Assembly: GCF_016433145.1 (NCBI RefSeq)
Contig: NC_058131.1
Location: 48,228,258-48,292,257 of the forward strand
Source: Gracilinanus agilis
Taxonomy: Eukaryota
Reading direction: 5' to 3'
Length of the DNA: 64,000 nt
A program made the position numbers and the translations under genes. The notes beneath the pieces were generated by a model. That model did no database searches. It was not told the DNA's origin and saw only the letters and a list, made by a program, of their open reading frames with translations. Of the stretch, positions 52,450 to 63,906 are shown in pieces; position 1 is the first letter of the stretch, and every line of letters begins with the position of its first letter.

Positions 52450-54854
52450 CTGGAAAGTCAAGAGAAAGGAATATGACTCACATTCACTGCCTAGATTTCA
52501 CACACTAGTGATTTTATTAATGTGGGTATACTCTCTAGAAGGTATACTCCAAAATACTATAACCCTCCAAATTAAGAGATTTAAAGAATTGCATTGGCCC
52601 CAAATTCCCCCATCTCACCCCAACTGGTAGTCCTGTTATTAATAAGCTCTCTGAACTGAACAAGGCTAGACCTCAGATAGTCTGTTGGTGGGGTCACGTC
52701 TGAAGCCTAAGTGTGGCAAAATTTAACAGAAATTATACTGCTCTATCATAATCTTTGAGAACCCAGAGTTACCTCTATGTCACAAGGAAGCATTACTGTA
52801 GCACTTAGTTCTACATAGAAGTTAGTACCCAGATGTTAGCATTTCCTTTGTCTTACATGAAAACTTATGTAGTACTATAAGACAATCAACTCCCTTAAAT
52901 TGTTTTTAGGTGCATATTTGGCATAATTTTTTTTCTTAAAAAAACAAACAAGCAAACAAACAAAACCCAATGCATCTACTATTTCTACTTACCAAAGGTA
53001 CATCTGCCATGGAGTAAACCACCAGTCCCTGATACTGATTAGTATTTTCTGTGATTCGACCCAGGCCAGACTTTAACACATGGTTGCCATATAAGAATGA
53101 CTGCTCTGCTCCAGGTTTCACCCATACTTTATGCTACAATAAAGAATATTTATCTATATAAGATATAAAATCAGTACTTATGTTTATATCCCAATAGTTG
53201 AATGCCAGCTCAAGTTATTTTTCTTTTGTTAAGAATTTTAAAATAAAAGAGGGGTAACAGAGTACAGTGAAGAAAAAACGAAAGTCCCTTTTTGCTGGTG
53301 TTCAGTCATTTTAGTTGTGCCCAACTTTTCATGACCCTGTTTGGGGTTTTCTTGACAAAGATACTGGAGTGGTTTGCCATTTCCTTCTCTAGTTCATTTT
53401 TTTCCAGATAAGGAAACAAAGTCTTGAAAGTCCCTACAAATTGCTAATTTCCTCTTGTTTCATAGGGATTAATAATAAGGAAATACTTTCCTTAGTTATG
53501 AGGCCAACTTCTATAAACAATATAAAAAGATAGGTGCACTAAGTAGTGCTCTATTTGAACCTCCAAGGAGTCCATTTCTTCTCTCAGTAAAACAATGGCA
53601 ATAAAGTACCATTCACCAAAAGCAATCTTCCCTCCTTCTATTATAGAATTGAGATTTTACAAGCACATCAGATATCATCTACTCCAATCCCCTCCTTGTA
53701 TAGAAGAAAGCTGAGATTCACATTTAGGTCTGTCAAAGCCAAAAGTAGAGCACTTCCAGGCCACTAATGTGGTTCAGTCCCCAAAATTTAAGACTTTCTG
53801 CATACTGTTGAAAAGGATCACTTTTGAGACCAGCGCTTGCTTACCTTTGCATAAGGTGCCAGGTAATCCAGGGCAGTGATGTGCAATCTGAACTTCTGGG
53901 TCTTGGTGAATTTCCCAAAGCAGGTCCCCAAAGACACCAAGTTCTCTCGGGAGATATTTACTGCCAGCTTAAGAATCTTCTCACTGATAGGCAAAGGAGG
54001 CAAGTATGGGTAGCATGCTCAGTGCTCTCAGGTTCTCTCAATCTCCCAAACCCATACCCACCAACCTCAGCACAATTCTTCTTCAAGGAAAGCTCACCTG
54101 ACATAGTAGACTCTGTCTTTGTGGAGCCGGAAACAGTAGGTGCCATCAGGTCGGTCCACAAGCAACTGAATATTTTCCCCAATACTGTAAATACAAAGGG
54201 ATGCTCAACTCAAAAAACCATAGCATTAGGACCAGAAAGGCTCCCAGGGCCACTAAGTCAAACTCCTCTTCGTTTATAGATGAGGCTATTTAAGGTCCCT
54301 GATTAATTGACTTGCCTGTGCAAATGCTTGTACAGCTAATATTTATGGAAGGATTCAAAACAGAATCTTCCAAACCCCTAGCCCAATAGTCCTGGAATCT
54401 CCCATAGTCAACTCCCTCTCATTTTACACTCTATTAAGCAACAATACTGCGTACCAGGAACTGTGTTATGCGCTGGGAATACAAAACCAATCAATAACCA
54501 TTCACTAATTGCCTACTATATGCCGGGCACTGTACTAAGCATAGAAAAAAAAACAAAAATCAATCAACATTTATGAAGTGCCAACTGTGTGCCTGACACT
54601 GCGCTAAACGCTGGGATTACAACGCGGATCGACATTTATTAAGATTACAATGTGCCCCGGGATCAAGGGGGATTCCGCACAGCACGCGCCCCGGGCCCAC
54701 GTGGCCCCTCCGCAAATCCTCCGCCGTTTCCCCGCCCTCCCTCCCTGAACCCTCCAAGCCCTGCCCTATTGGGTCCCCCTCTTTCCCGCCGTCCTTACTA
54801 TTTCGAGAGCTTCTGGAACAAGGTTCGGGTCTCCTCCTCGGTCAGGGGTCGCAT
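52330..54854 (-). CDS. NIP7: 60S ribosome subunit biogenesis protein NIP7 homolog, 180 aa; complement(join(52330..52449,52993..53133,53845..53983,54098..54184,54799..54854))
   Basis: 543 nt in frame, GT-AG introns. [59 protein letters not shown]...PUA domain [26 protein letters not shown]...[17 protein letters not shown]. Confidence 0.97.
52993..53133 (-). CDS. NIP7: NIP7 exon 4
   Basis: [47 protein letters not shown]; donor GTAAGT; 141 nt. Confidence 0.97.
53845..53983 (-). CDS. NIP7: NIP7 exon 3
   Basis: (S)[46 protein letters not shown]; donor GTAAGC; 139 nt. Confidence 0.97.
54098..54184 (-). CDS. NIP7: NIP7 exon 2
   Basis: (Y)[28 protein letters not shown]; donor AG|GTGAGC; 87 nt. Confidence 0.96.
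54432..54660 (-). repeat. Head-to-tail cluster of 4 degenerate L2 3'-tail units in NIP7 intron 1
   Basis: About 60-70-bp units matching catttattaagcacctactatgtgccaggcactgtgctaagcgctggggatacaaa at 54432, 54489, 54559 and 54628. Confidence 0.7.
54799..54854 (-). CDS. NIP7: NIP7 coding exon 1
   Basis: ATG at 54854 (minus) [18 protein letters not shown]; donor TA|GTAAGG; 56 nt. Confidence 0.94.
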
Positions 54855-55160
54855 TTTGCTAAGAAGCAAATGCGAAGCCACACTCTCAGGCGCCGGAAAC
54901 GGAAGTCGCTTTTTATTCCCGCCCCCATTTTCATTCGCCGCTCACCTCCCACCTCCCTCCTCCCTCCCAGTCCTAGATTCCCAGGCCCGGCCTCCACCAC
55001 GTATCATAGAATCTGGGAGGACTGTCCTAGATAAGTAATAAGTTTTGCGGAAGAACCATAGAGCCCGGAAGGGACGCTCTTTTCAAGGAGACGGGAACCT
55101 GTGCGTCACTTGCGCGGGGTGGGGCGGGGACGGACTCTTGGAGTGTGCGGAAGTGGCAAG

Positions 55161-55534
55161 ATGGCCACGACTGTAGCTAGCGGTTCCGCGGGTGCCGCCG
55201 CGGCGGCGCTGGGCGAAGTGGAGGATGAGGGCCTCCTGGCTTCGCTGTTCCGAGATCGGTTCCCGGAGGGTCAGTGGCGCGAGCGGCCAGACGTGGGGCG
55301 CTACCTGCGCGAGCTGAGCGGCTCGGGGCTGGAGCGACTGCGGCGGGAGCCCGAGCGACTGGCGGAGGAGCGGGCACAGCTGCTGCAGCAGACGCGGGAT
55401 TTGGCCTTCGCCAACTACAAGACCTTCATCCGCGGTGCCGAGTGCACGGAGCGCATCCACCGCCTCTTCGGGGACGTGGAGGCCGCCCTGGGCCACCTGC
55501 TGGATCGCCTGCCCAGCTTCCAGCACAGTTGTCG
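55161..55534 (+). CDS. COG8: COG8 coding exon 1
   Basis: gcaagATGG start; ends ...LPSFQHSC(R); donor CG|GTGCGG. Confidence 0.94.
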
Positions 55535-58500
55535 GTGCGGGTCGCCCCCAAGCCACTGTCTGCCTCAGACTTCTTGATTGTAAAATGGGCATAGTAACAA
55601 CCCCCTCCTCCCCGGGAGGTCGTGAGGCTCAGATGATTTTAATATTTGTAAAGCGTTCGCAAACCTTAAAGCATTATGTAAATTCTACAAGTGTCATGTA
55701 AAGAAAAAATTAACTAATAAGTCCCGGTGCTGCCATGGTATTTCATGGACAAGTCCCTAAACTGTTTGAAACCTCTTGTTTCCTCATCTGTAAAATGTGG
55801 TGGGATAAGTTGATCCCTAGCTACTGTCCAGCTCTAAATTCAATAAATAGGCAAAAATGAATGAATGAATGATGCGTTTATTTAGAATAGGTTTACTGTG
55901 TTCAAAGCATTGTCCTTGGTTTCAGCACGATTGGTGTCTTGAACAGTGGTGGAATTTGACAAACGAAAAAATTTTTTTTAAAACCTTTACCTTCTGTCTT
56001 GGAGTCAGTACTGTGTATTGGCTCCAAGGCAGAAGAGTGGCAAGGGCTAGGCAATGGGGGTCAAGGGACTTGACCAGGGTCACACAGCTAGGAAGTGTCT
56101 GAGACCAAATTTGAACCTAGGACCTCCTGTCTCTAGGCCTGACTCTCAATCCACTGAGCCACCCAGCTGCCCCCAAATTCAGCCAAACAAAATTTTTGTT
56201 TATTGCAGTGATTTAGACCAGAATTATGGTGAAGGTCATGATAATGGCTGGAATTTCTACATCACTTTAAGGCTAAATAAATACTTCCTATGCAGCAAGT
56301 CTGAAGGAGGTAGTACCAGAATTATTACCTCTGTTTTACAGATGAAGAAACATAGGCTAGGAGAGGTGTGGTGTTTTGTCCAGCATCACCCAGTAAATAT
56401 TTCAGTTTGCATTTGAACCCCAGCTTTCTGATTCCAAGAGGCAGACTTTTTTTTTTTTTAAACTGTACTGTGCTGGCACTTCCGTTAGATATGAATAGAA
56501 AATCTCTGATTCTCTGGATTGAACTTGAGTGAAAATGTGAGGCAATTGTCAACCCACTTGATCAATCAGTTGAAGCTTTAGACTCATGTATTTCCCTTGG
56601 TTTGCAATAGGAACTTTGTGAAAGATGCAGAAGAGATTGGTTCCAACCGACATATGAATACTCTGACCCTGAACCGGCACACAGAGATCTTGGAAATCTT
56701 GGAGATTCCTCAGTTAATGGACACCTGTGTTCGAAATAGCTACTATGAGGAGGCTCTTGAACTTGCAGCATATGTGCGCAGACTAGAAAGGAAATATTCT
56801 ACCATTCCTGTGATCCAGGTATCATTCTTGTCTTAAGCTTGCCAAATTTTGTAATGTTCTTCCTGATACCTAACCATACACAGAAACATTAGATGGAAAC
56901 TCCTTTAGTGTATTTATTGTATTATATATCATAGTCTGAAATAATCTGCAACATAAACTAAAACTTGGCTTCATTGCTAATCTACAAAATAGTTGTTCAG
57001 AAAATTTAGCTTCATAGTTACCATGAAGCCATTGGAATCAATCAACAAAAACTAAAAAATTAGGTGTTGGCTTAATACAGAGTACCCTTAGGCCCTGGGG
57101 GAGATAACAAAGTTTCCTTAAGATACTAGCTCTGTGGGGCAGCTGGGTAGCTCAGTGGATTGAGAGTCAGGCCTAGAAATGGGAGGCCCTAGGTTCAAAT
57201 CTGCCCTCAGACACTTCCCAGCTGTGTGACCCTGGGCAAGTCACTTGACCCCCCCCCACTGCCCACCCTAATCACTCTTCCACCTAGGAGCCAATACACA
57301 GAAGTTAAGGGTTTAAAAAAAAAAAAAAAGATACTAGCTCTGCCTTCAAGGTGCTTACATGAAACACCAATAAGATAACTCAAAATAGATGATTTATAGG
57401 GACAGGTAGGTGGCTCAGTGGATTGAGAGCCAGGCCTGGAGATGGAAAATCCTAGATTCAAATCTGGCCTTAGACACTTCCTAGCTGTGTGACCTGGGCA
57501 AGTCCCCTAACCCCCATTGCCTAGCCTTTACCGCTCCTTCTGCCTTAGAACCAATACATAGTATTGATTCTTAGATGGAAGTTAAGAATTTTTTAAAAAA
57601 TAGACAATTTTAGGGAATTATAAAACAAAAGGCCATGTCAAGTATGAGGGAGGATGTTTTAACTAACCTGGGAGATCAGAAGGCTTTTTTTTTTTTTAAA
57701 CCCTTAACTTCCACCTTAGAATCAATACTGTGTCTGAGTGTATGAGACCAGATTTGAACCTAGGACCTCCTGTCTCTAGGCCTGGCTCTCAACCCATTGA
57801 GCCACCCAGTTGCCCCCCAGAGGGCTCTAAAAAAATATTTAATTTTTTTCTCAATTACATACAAAACAATTTTTAACATTCATTAAAATAATTTTTTTGA
57901 GTTCTAAATCCTTTCCCTCTCTTCTCTTTCCTTGAGAAATCAAGCAATCTAATATAGATTATACATATGCAGTCATGGAAAACATTTCCATGTTAGCCAT
58001 GTTGTGAAAGAAAAAGTAGACTCCCTCCCACCAAAAAACAAAACAAAACAAAAATTAAGTAAAAAGTATGCTTTAATTGATCAGAATGCTTCCTGAAGGA
58101 GGTGGCATTGAGCTTGAGTGTAAAAGCATGGAGAAGAGTACAGATTCCTGGCCAGCAGGAATAAGTACACTCCAGGCGCAGGGAACTGACTGAATTAGGG
58201 CTTGGGAACAGGAATGTCTGTTCAAGTGGCAACAAATTTTCCGATTTGGTCAGAGCAAAGAGTTTGTAGACATTTGAAAGGTGGGGTAGTGCCAGATTGT
58301 GGGCCTTTGAATGCCAGGTCAAGAGGTTAAACTGGGTTAGAAAACTACTTCCCTCCTTTGGCATGAGTGTGTTTGCCAAGGGAAAGGCAATGTGATGTAA
58401 TAGCTAGCTAGCTAGCGTTGGAATCACAAAGATCTGTATTCAAACCTTACCCCTGAGAACATCTCCTGACTGGGTGACCCTGTACAAGTCACTTAACATC

Positions 58501-61500
58501 TCAGCGCCCTTACTGTCCTTTGCAGAGTAGGTCTCAGTCTTCGTTGGTAGAAAAAGGTTTTTAATGTGAGTTCGCCATACCAACGCAATGTCACATGTGT
58601 AGTCTAGTAAACATTCAAACTCTTAGCATTGTTCCGCTAACCACTTCTGATGCAACTTGCAGGGCATTGTTAGTGAAGTCCGGCAATCTATGCAGTTGAT
58701 GCTCAGCCAGTTAATTCAACAACTTCGAACTAATATTCAGCTCCCTGCCTGTCTCCGAGTTATCGGCTACCTGCGTCGAATGGACATTTTCACAGAGGCT
58801 GAGTTGCGAATTAAGTTCTTACAGGCCCGAGATGCCTGGCTACGTTCCATCCTGACCTCTATTCCCAGTGAAGATCCTTATTTTCATATCACCAAGACCA
58901 TTGAGGCATGTCGAGTCCACCTTTTTGACATCATCACACAGTACCGTGCCATATTCTCTGATGAGGACCCATTGCTGCCACTAGCTGCTGGTGAGCCCTC
59001 AGTGAACGAGAGTGCCATATTCCATGGCTGGGTGTTGCAGAAGGTCTCTCAGTTCCTGCAGGTGTTGGAGAGTGACCTTCAGCGTGGTGGGGGTAGCCGC
59101 CTGGACTCACTGCTAGGCCAGTGCATGTACTTCGGACTCTCCTTCAGCCGGGTAGGTGCTGATTTCCGGGGCCAGCTTGCACCTGTGTTCCAGCAGGTTG
59201 CTTTAAATACTTTCAAGAAAGCAGTTCAAGAAGGTGTGGAGAAGTTTCAGGATGAAATGAATTCCTACACTCTTATCTCTGCTCCTGCTGCCCTGCGGAG
59301 TGCAATTCCTGCTGCCGTCCCTGTAACTCAGCCTGGAACCTTGCAGCCCCCCATGGGGCTGCTGGATTTTCCACCCCTGGCATGTTTCCTCAACAACATT
59401 CTGGTTGCTTTCAATGATTTGCGTCTCTGTTGTCCTGTGGCCCTGGCTCAGGATGTGACTGCTTCTTTGGAGGATGCCCTTGGCAAGGTAAGGAAATACC
59501 AAGAATCATGATGGAATCCTTTTTGGGGATGATTTGGTGTGTTTTAGCAAGTCTTTCCCTCCTTATGCCCCTTGGTTATTCACCTTCCTCTAGCCCAGGG
59601 GTCTGCAGCGTATGGCTCTCAAGCCAGTAAGGCTCTTTCTGCAGGAGCCATAAAGTCCATTTTTTTTCAGACGCTGTTACAGGAGCGGCACTGTGAGCAC
59701 TGGACAGCTCTCACGAAATTACATTTTAAAAAATGTGGCGTTTATGGCTCTCACAGCCAAAAAGGTTGCCCACCCCTGCTCTAGCCATATTTTGTTTGTA
59801 GAGAAAGCTTTGCAAAACAATCATGTACAAGAGCCTAGCTGAGAAGCTCTGGATACTGATCTATCCTATGGACTGAGAGAGGTTTCTGAAGTGTCATACT
59901 AACTCCTGACCAAATACTAATTTTCTTATTGTGTCGATACTGTCTCCCAACCCTGTTTTCCTGTTTACTCATCCGTAAAATGAGCTGGAGAAGGAAATGG
60001 CAAACTTTGAGATGCACACCCTCAGGAAATGGGGAGTAAAAATAAGTAAAGAACAGCTCACTAAGTTTCTTGATCTTATTCAAAATTGTAGCCCATGGAT
60101 TCCCTTAGAATTCTGGCAAAAAGTTGGCAATGATTTAAAAATTATTATGCTGAGCACGGACTAGAACAAGTGCCAGTAAAAATTTCATCAGCTGCTGAAA
60201 AAAACAACTTTGTTATCTGGTCAGAATGCAGAGAATGAAATCTTTAAGGTTTCAGTGTTAGAATCAGAGGAGGAGGAAGTGGCTCATAGTAAATCAAAAC
60301 GGGCTTTAAAATTCGAATGAAAAAGTCACTAGTAGGGACCTTCCTCCACCTAAAAACCTCTCTTCAAAAGAGAAGTCTCAGATTTTTATCTATTTGAGAC
60401 TTTGTTTCTCTTATTGGCCTCCCACAGCAAACCACTCCCATATGTTTGGTGAGAAAACTCCAAATAGGGTCACATAGAGTCAGTCATGACTGAAATGACT
60501 GGACATTTCTTCCGTAATACTGTACTTGTTCTTTTTTTTAACCTCTTGTTTCATTGTTGGTTTTTCCCTCAGAGTGTGATTAACTGTTCCAGAGAATACA
60601 GTGGGACCTAGGTTAATGAATTATGGCTAAAAATGGGCTTTTCCTTATTCTAGTGAACAAGACTTAGAGCTAAGCTGTGCTTGTCTTAATTAGGTGGAGA
60701 CTTTAACATGGGTTCAGACCCTGCAGACAGTTGTGGCAAGGAGGGATCTAGGGATATCTTGTTATGCTTCTAAGTCTCATCTCCCTTGACTCACTTTGCA
60801 AAACTTGGAAACATGTTTTATTCTTTGCCTCATTCTTCTGGATCTGTTAAAAGTTTGGGTTTTTTCTCTTGTTGGGAGTGAGTTGTATGCTGTATTATCT
60901 CTATACTTGTTGTACTGGTATTAGTTTCATTGGCATTTAATACTATGCTGCTAAGAACTAGACCAGCAAATCAATAAGCAGAGAGGGTTATAAACATTGG
61001 ATGATTTCAGGATCTTGATGATTTGGGGCTTGTGAATAGTAACTATAATTAACCATGTTTTTAAAGTAAAGTATTTTTCTGTCTAAAAACCTCTCTGTAG
61101 TGTTGTACATAACATGGTAATGTGGGGCTTAGCAGTACTTGGAGAATGTGCCTTTATTTTTATTTTTATTAACCTTTAATATTAATTTTTATTAACTTAT
61201 TTTTCTTTCCTTTTTTTTAAAAGGTAACAAAAATAATATTGGCCTTTCACCGGGCAGAGGAGGCAGCCTTCAGTAGCCAGGAGCAGGAGCTCTTTGTCCA
61301 GTTCTGCACTGTTTTCCTGGAAGACTTGGTCCCTTACCTAAATCGATGTCTCCAAGTCCTCTTTCCACCAGCTCAGATAGCACAGATTTTGGGTAAGAAA
61401 GTGAGAACCATGCTTTTTTTTACTCAGTCAATTAGTTTTTGTTTATCTGTGTGTTCTTATTAGAGGAATAGGATCTATCTCTACAGAGAGTGACAAGAAT

Positions 61501-62380
61501 CATGAGCATTTCCCATTTTTCACTATTTTCTTGAAATCCCTTCAGTTAATATAGGTAGATGGCTGACACAGTTCATCAGTTGCAGCCCAGTGTTCACTCT
61601 TTTTCTCTTTCTCTCTTTGAATTCTCATTATAAAGGATGTTTTGGTTATATGATAACCACAGGGGCAGATAGATTGAGTGAGTGAGCGTTTATTAAGCTC
61701 TTATCATATACTAAGTGCTAAGAATACAAAATACAACCAAAAAGAAAAATAGTCCTTGCCCCTAAGGAGCTTACATTTTAATGGAGAAACAAAATGGTGG
61801 GAGTGGGGGGTCAAGGGAAGGTGAAAAAATCATCTGGGGAAACAGGAGCTAGTGTAGGGGTTTCCTTAGATGGAGATTCTAGGAAGGAACTTGCCTGCTA
61901 GAAGGAGGAGGAGACTGTGGATAGAATGTTGCCATTGTTAAAAACCTTTTGGGGTAAATTATCTAGGGAATCGTGGGCTGATGCATCTCTGAAGATGTCA
62001 ATCATGGATCTTATCACTTCTCTGAACAGAAATTTTTTGTTTTACTCTGAGTAATTTGCTTCTTTTCTCTTTTTTTCCTCCTCTTCCTACCTCCCTCATA
62101 TTTTGAACTAGGTGTTCCACCCACGCAACTCTCCAAGTTTGGGAACCTCGGACATGTCAATATTCAGGTTGTCCAGGAGCCTTTGGCTTTTATCTTGCCA
62201 AAGAGAGAGGCAGTTTTCCTATTGGATGAAAAGGGACTGGAACAAGAGGTCATAGTTCCAGAATTTACAGAACAGAAACCCAGTCTTGCATCTACTTCTG
62301 AAGCTTCCCTTGAAAATACAGAAGAAAAAAGTGACTTGGAGGACCCTCTGCCATCTGACCCTCCTGCAGATGGGACCTAG
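55161..62380 (+). CDS. COG8: Conserved oligomeric Golgi complex subunit 8, 614 aa; join(55161..55534,56611..56818,58663..59487,61224..61392,62112..62380)
   Basis: 1845 nt in frame. [123 protein letters not shown] and GNLGHVNI are characteristic COG8 (Dor1-like) segments. Confidence 0.97.
56611..56818 (+). CDS. COG8: COG8 exon 2
   Basis: tttgcaatag|G AAC TTT = [16 protein letters not shown]...YSTIPVIQ; donor GTATCA; 208 nt. Confidence 0.96.
57135..57327 (+). mobile_element. Young SINE1_Mdo-like SINE (COG8 intron 2)
   Basis: Perfect 15-bp TSD AAGATACTAGCTCTG (57120-57134, 57328-57342). Confidence 0.92.
58663..59487 (+). CDS. COG8: COG8 exon 3
   Basis: aacttgcag|GGC = [11 protein letters not shown]...SLEDALGK; donor GTAAGG; 825 nt. 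Confidence 0.97.
59596..59778 (-). mobile_element. Non-autonomous hAT MITE, family A copy 2 (COG8 intron 3)
   Basis: Reverse-complement homolog of 4285-4509; perfect 8-bp TSD CTCTAGCC at 59588-59595 and 59779-59786. Confidence 0.9.
61224..61392 (+). CDS. COG8: COG8 exon 4
   Basis: ttttaaaag|GTA = [28 protein letters not shown]...AQIAQIL; donor G|GTAAGA; 169 nt. Confidence 0.96.
62112..62380 (+). CDS. COG8: COG8 exon 5 (stop)
   Basis: ttgaactag|GT GTT = (G)[32 protein letters not shown]...DPPADGT*. Confidence 0.95.
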
Positions 62381-62676
62381 TGCAAGGGTAGCCAGTTCTT
62401 TCTGACCCTCTCCTGTAACTTCAACTCTTTGACCCAGAACCTGGGTAAATGACGTACAGGGATTTTGTAGGAAGAAGGTATATCAGCAGTGCTATGGCCT
62501 GATCACACTGACTTCCTGCGATTTTTAATTTATCCTTAGGAAGGTAGAGTTCTTTTCTCTGAGACAGTGTCTGAGGAGGTGATATAAGAGTACACATACA
62601 TTGAAAACAAGTCTTGGAGTAATTCTTTGGGTTTGAAAATAGGTTGGGTGATATATAAAAATATCTAATCATAAAT

Positions 62677-62682
62677 AATAAA
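62677..62682 (+). terminator. COG8 poly(A) signal candidate (AATAAA)
   Basis: AATAAA about 297 nt after the COG8 stop, followed by tatttattttt. Confidence 0.55.
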
Positions 62683-62779
62683 TATTTATTTTTAACCCTG
62701 ATGACTGACTGTTACTACAAGTAGCTGATATTAGTAGAGTGCTTAAAGTGCTTTACATAGATAACCTTGTGAAATAAAA

Positions 62780-63560
62780 TAGAGAGGAAAATTTATAGGA
62801 AGTTTCTTAGATAAAGGTCTCACTTTAAAAATATATATGGAACTGAGTCAAATTTATAAAATTAAGACCCATCCTACAATTGATAAATGGTAATGGGATA
62901 TGAACGGGAATTTTCAGAAGAGATCAGAGCTATCAATAGTCAAAAAAATGTGCTAAGCCATGAAATATAAAATAATTCTGAGGTACCCATCTCATCAATC
63001 AGATGGGCTAATCTGAGGGATAGGTTCTAAGCCCAACTATGGATTGCTAAAATCAAGGATATAAGTGAACACTTACTGAATCTGTATATATGTTCTCTAC
63101 CCTTGTTGCTCAGCAGACACCCCTGCTACATAAAAAAATCTCCCAAAATGAAAGTGACTTTTGCTGTCATTGAGACATTGGACCTCCAGTGCTTCAAGGG
63201 GCTCTACTGTATATCTAAAGGGCTGTTAAATTGTGCAGACCTCTGAGTTAGCAATGCCACTAGTAGATCTGTAGCCCAAAGACCTCAAAGAAAAAGAGAA
63301 AGGACATATATGTGCAAAAATATAGCAGCTCTTTTTGTGTTAGCAAATGGAAATTGAGATATCCATCCATTGGGGAATGGCTGAACAAGTTGTGATTGGT
63401 GTATAATTGTGACAGAATACTATTGTCCTATTGGTGAATATGGTATCAGAAAAACCTGGAAAGACTTAACATGAATTGATGCAAAGTGAAATGAACAGAA
63501 CCAGGGAAACATCTTACCCAGCAATATTGTAGCCATGATCCTGTGAGAATTTATTTTTAA
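62780..63560 (+). mobile_element. L1 ORF2 3' remnant downstream of COG8
   Basis: Degenerate L1 motifs (caattgataaatgg...gatatgaac; ccatccattggggaatggctgaacaagttgtg). Confidence 0.65.
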
Positions 63561-63906
63561 TATACTGTATTAGTTTCTGTATACTAGAGAGAATTACTAT
63601 GTATTCCTTCCTATTCAGAGATACTATCTAGTCTGCTGCTTTTTGCATTTTCTTTACCTGTGGGAATCCTTAGGAATGTCTTCCTTTTTTAATATAATTT
63701 GGGTAATAAAGGGAGAAGGGTTTTTCCACCATGTGTGCAAAATTTCACCTGATAGTTTGGGGAAGGGCTCTTAATTCTTACCAATTAAAGATCTCTTAGG
63801 ATGGTCAAGAGGGGCAAAATAATGTGTTCAAAAGAATTTATTTATTAGACTGTTTGACCCAGCTCAGGAAGTTCCTTGTTTGTGAGGAAGCTGTGGAAAC
63901 CCATAC

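Larger units (their letters stand above)
54600..55560. promoter_or_regulatory. NIP7/COG8 bidirectional CpG-island promoter
   Basis: Divergent ATGs 54854 (-) and 55161 (+), 306 bp apart. ETS/GABP-type motifs CCGGAAAC/CGGAAGT 54893-54906, GCGGAAG 55047, CCGGAAG 55065, GCGGAAGT 55147; GC boxes about 55117-55130. Confidence 0.9.

Noticed and set aside
53824-54279. 151-aa plus-strand ORF antisense to NIP7 exons 2-3
   Set aside because: No ATG start or recognisable motif; explained as an antisense shadow of conserved exons.
54652-55701. Overlapping ORFs around the NIP7/COG8 promoter (e.g. 55083-55592 minus, 169 aa)
   Set aside because: GC-rich shadow ORFs of COG8 exon 1 and the promoter.
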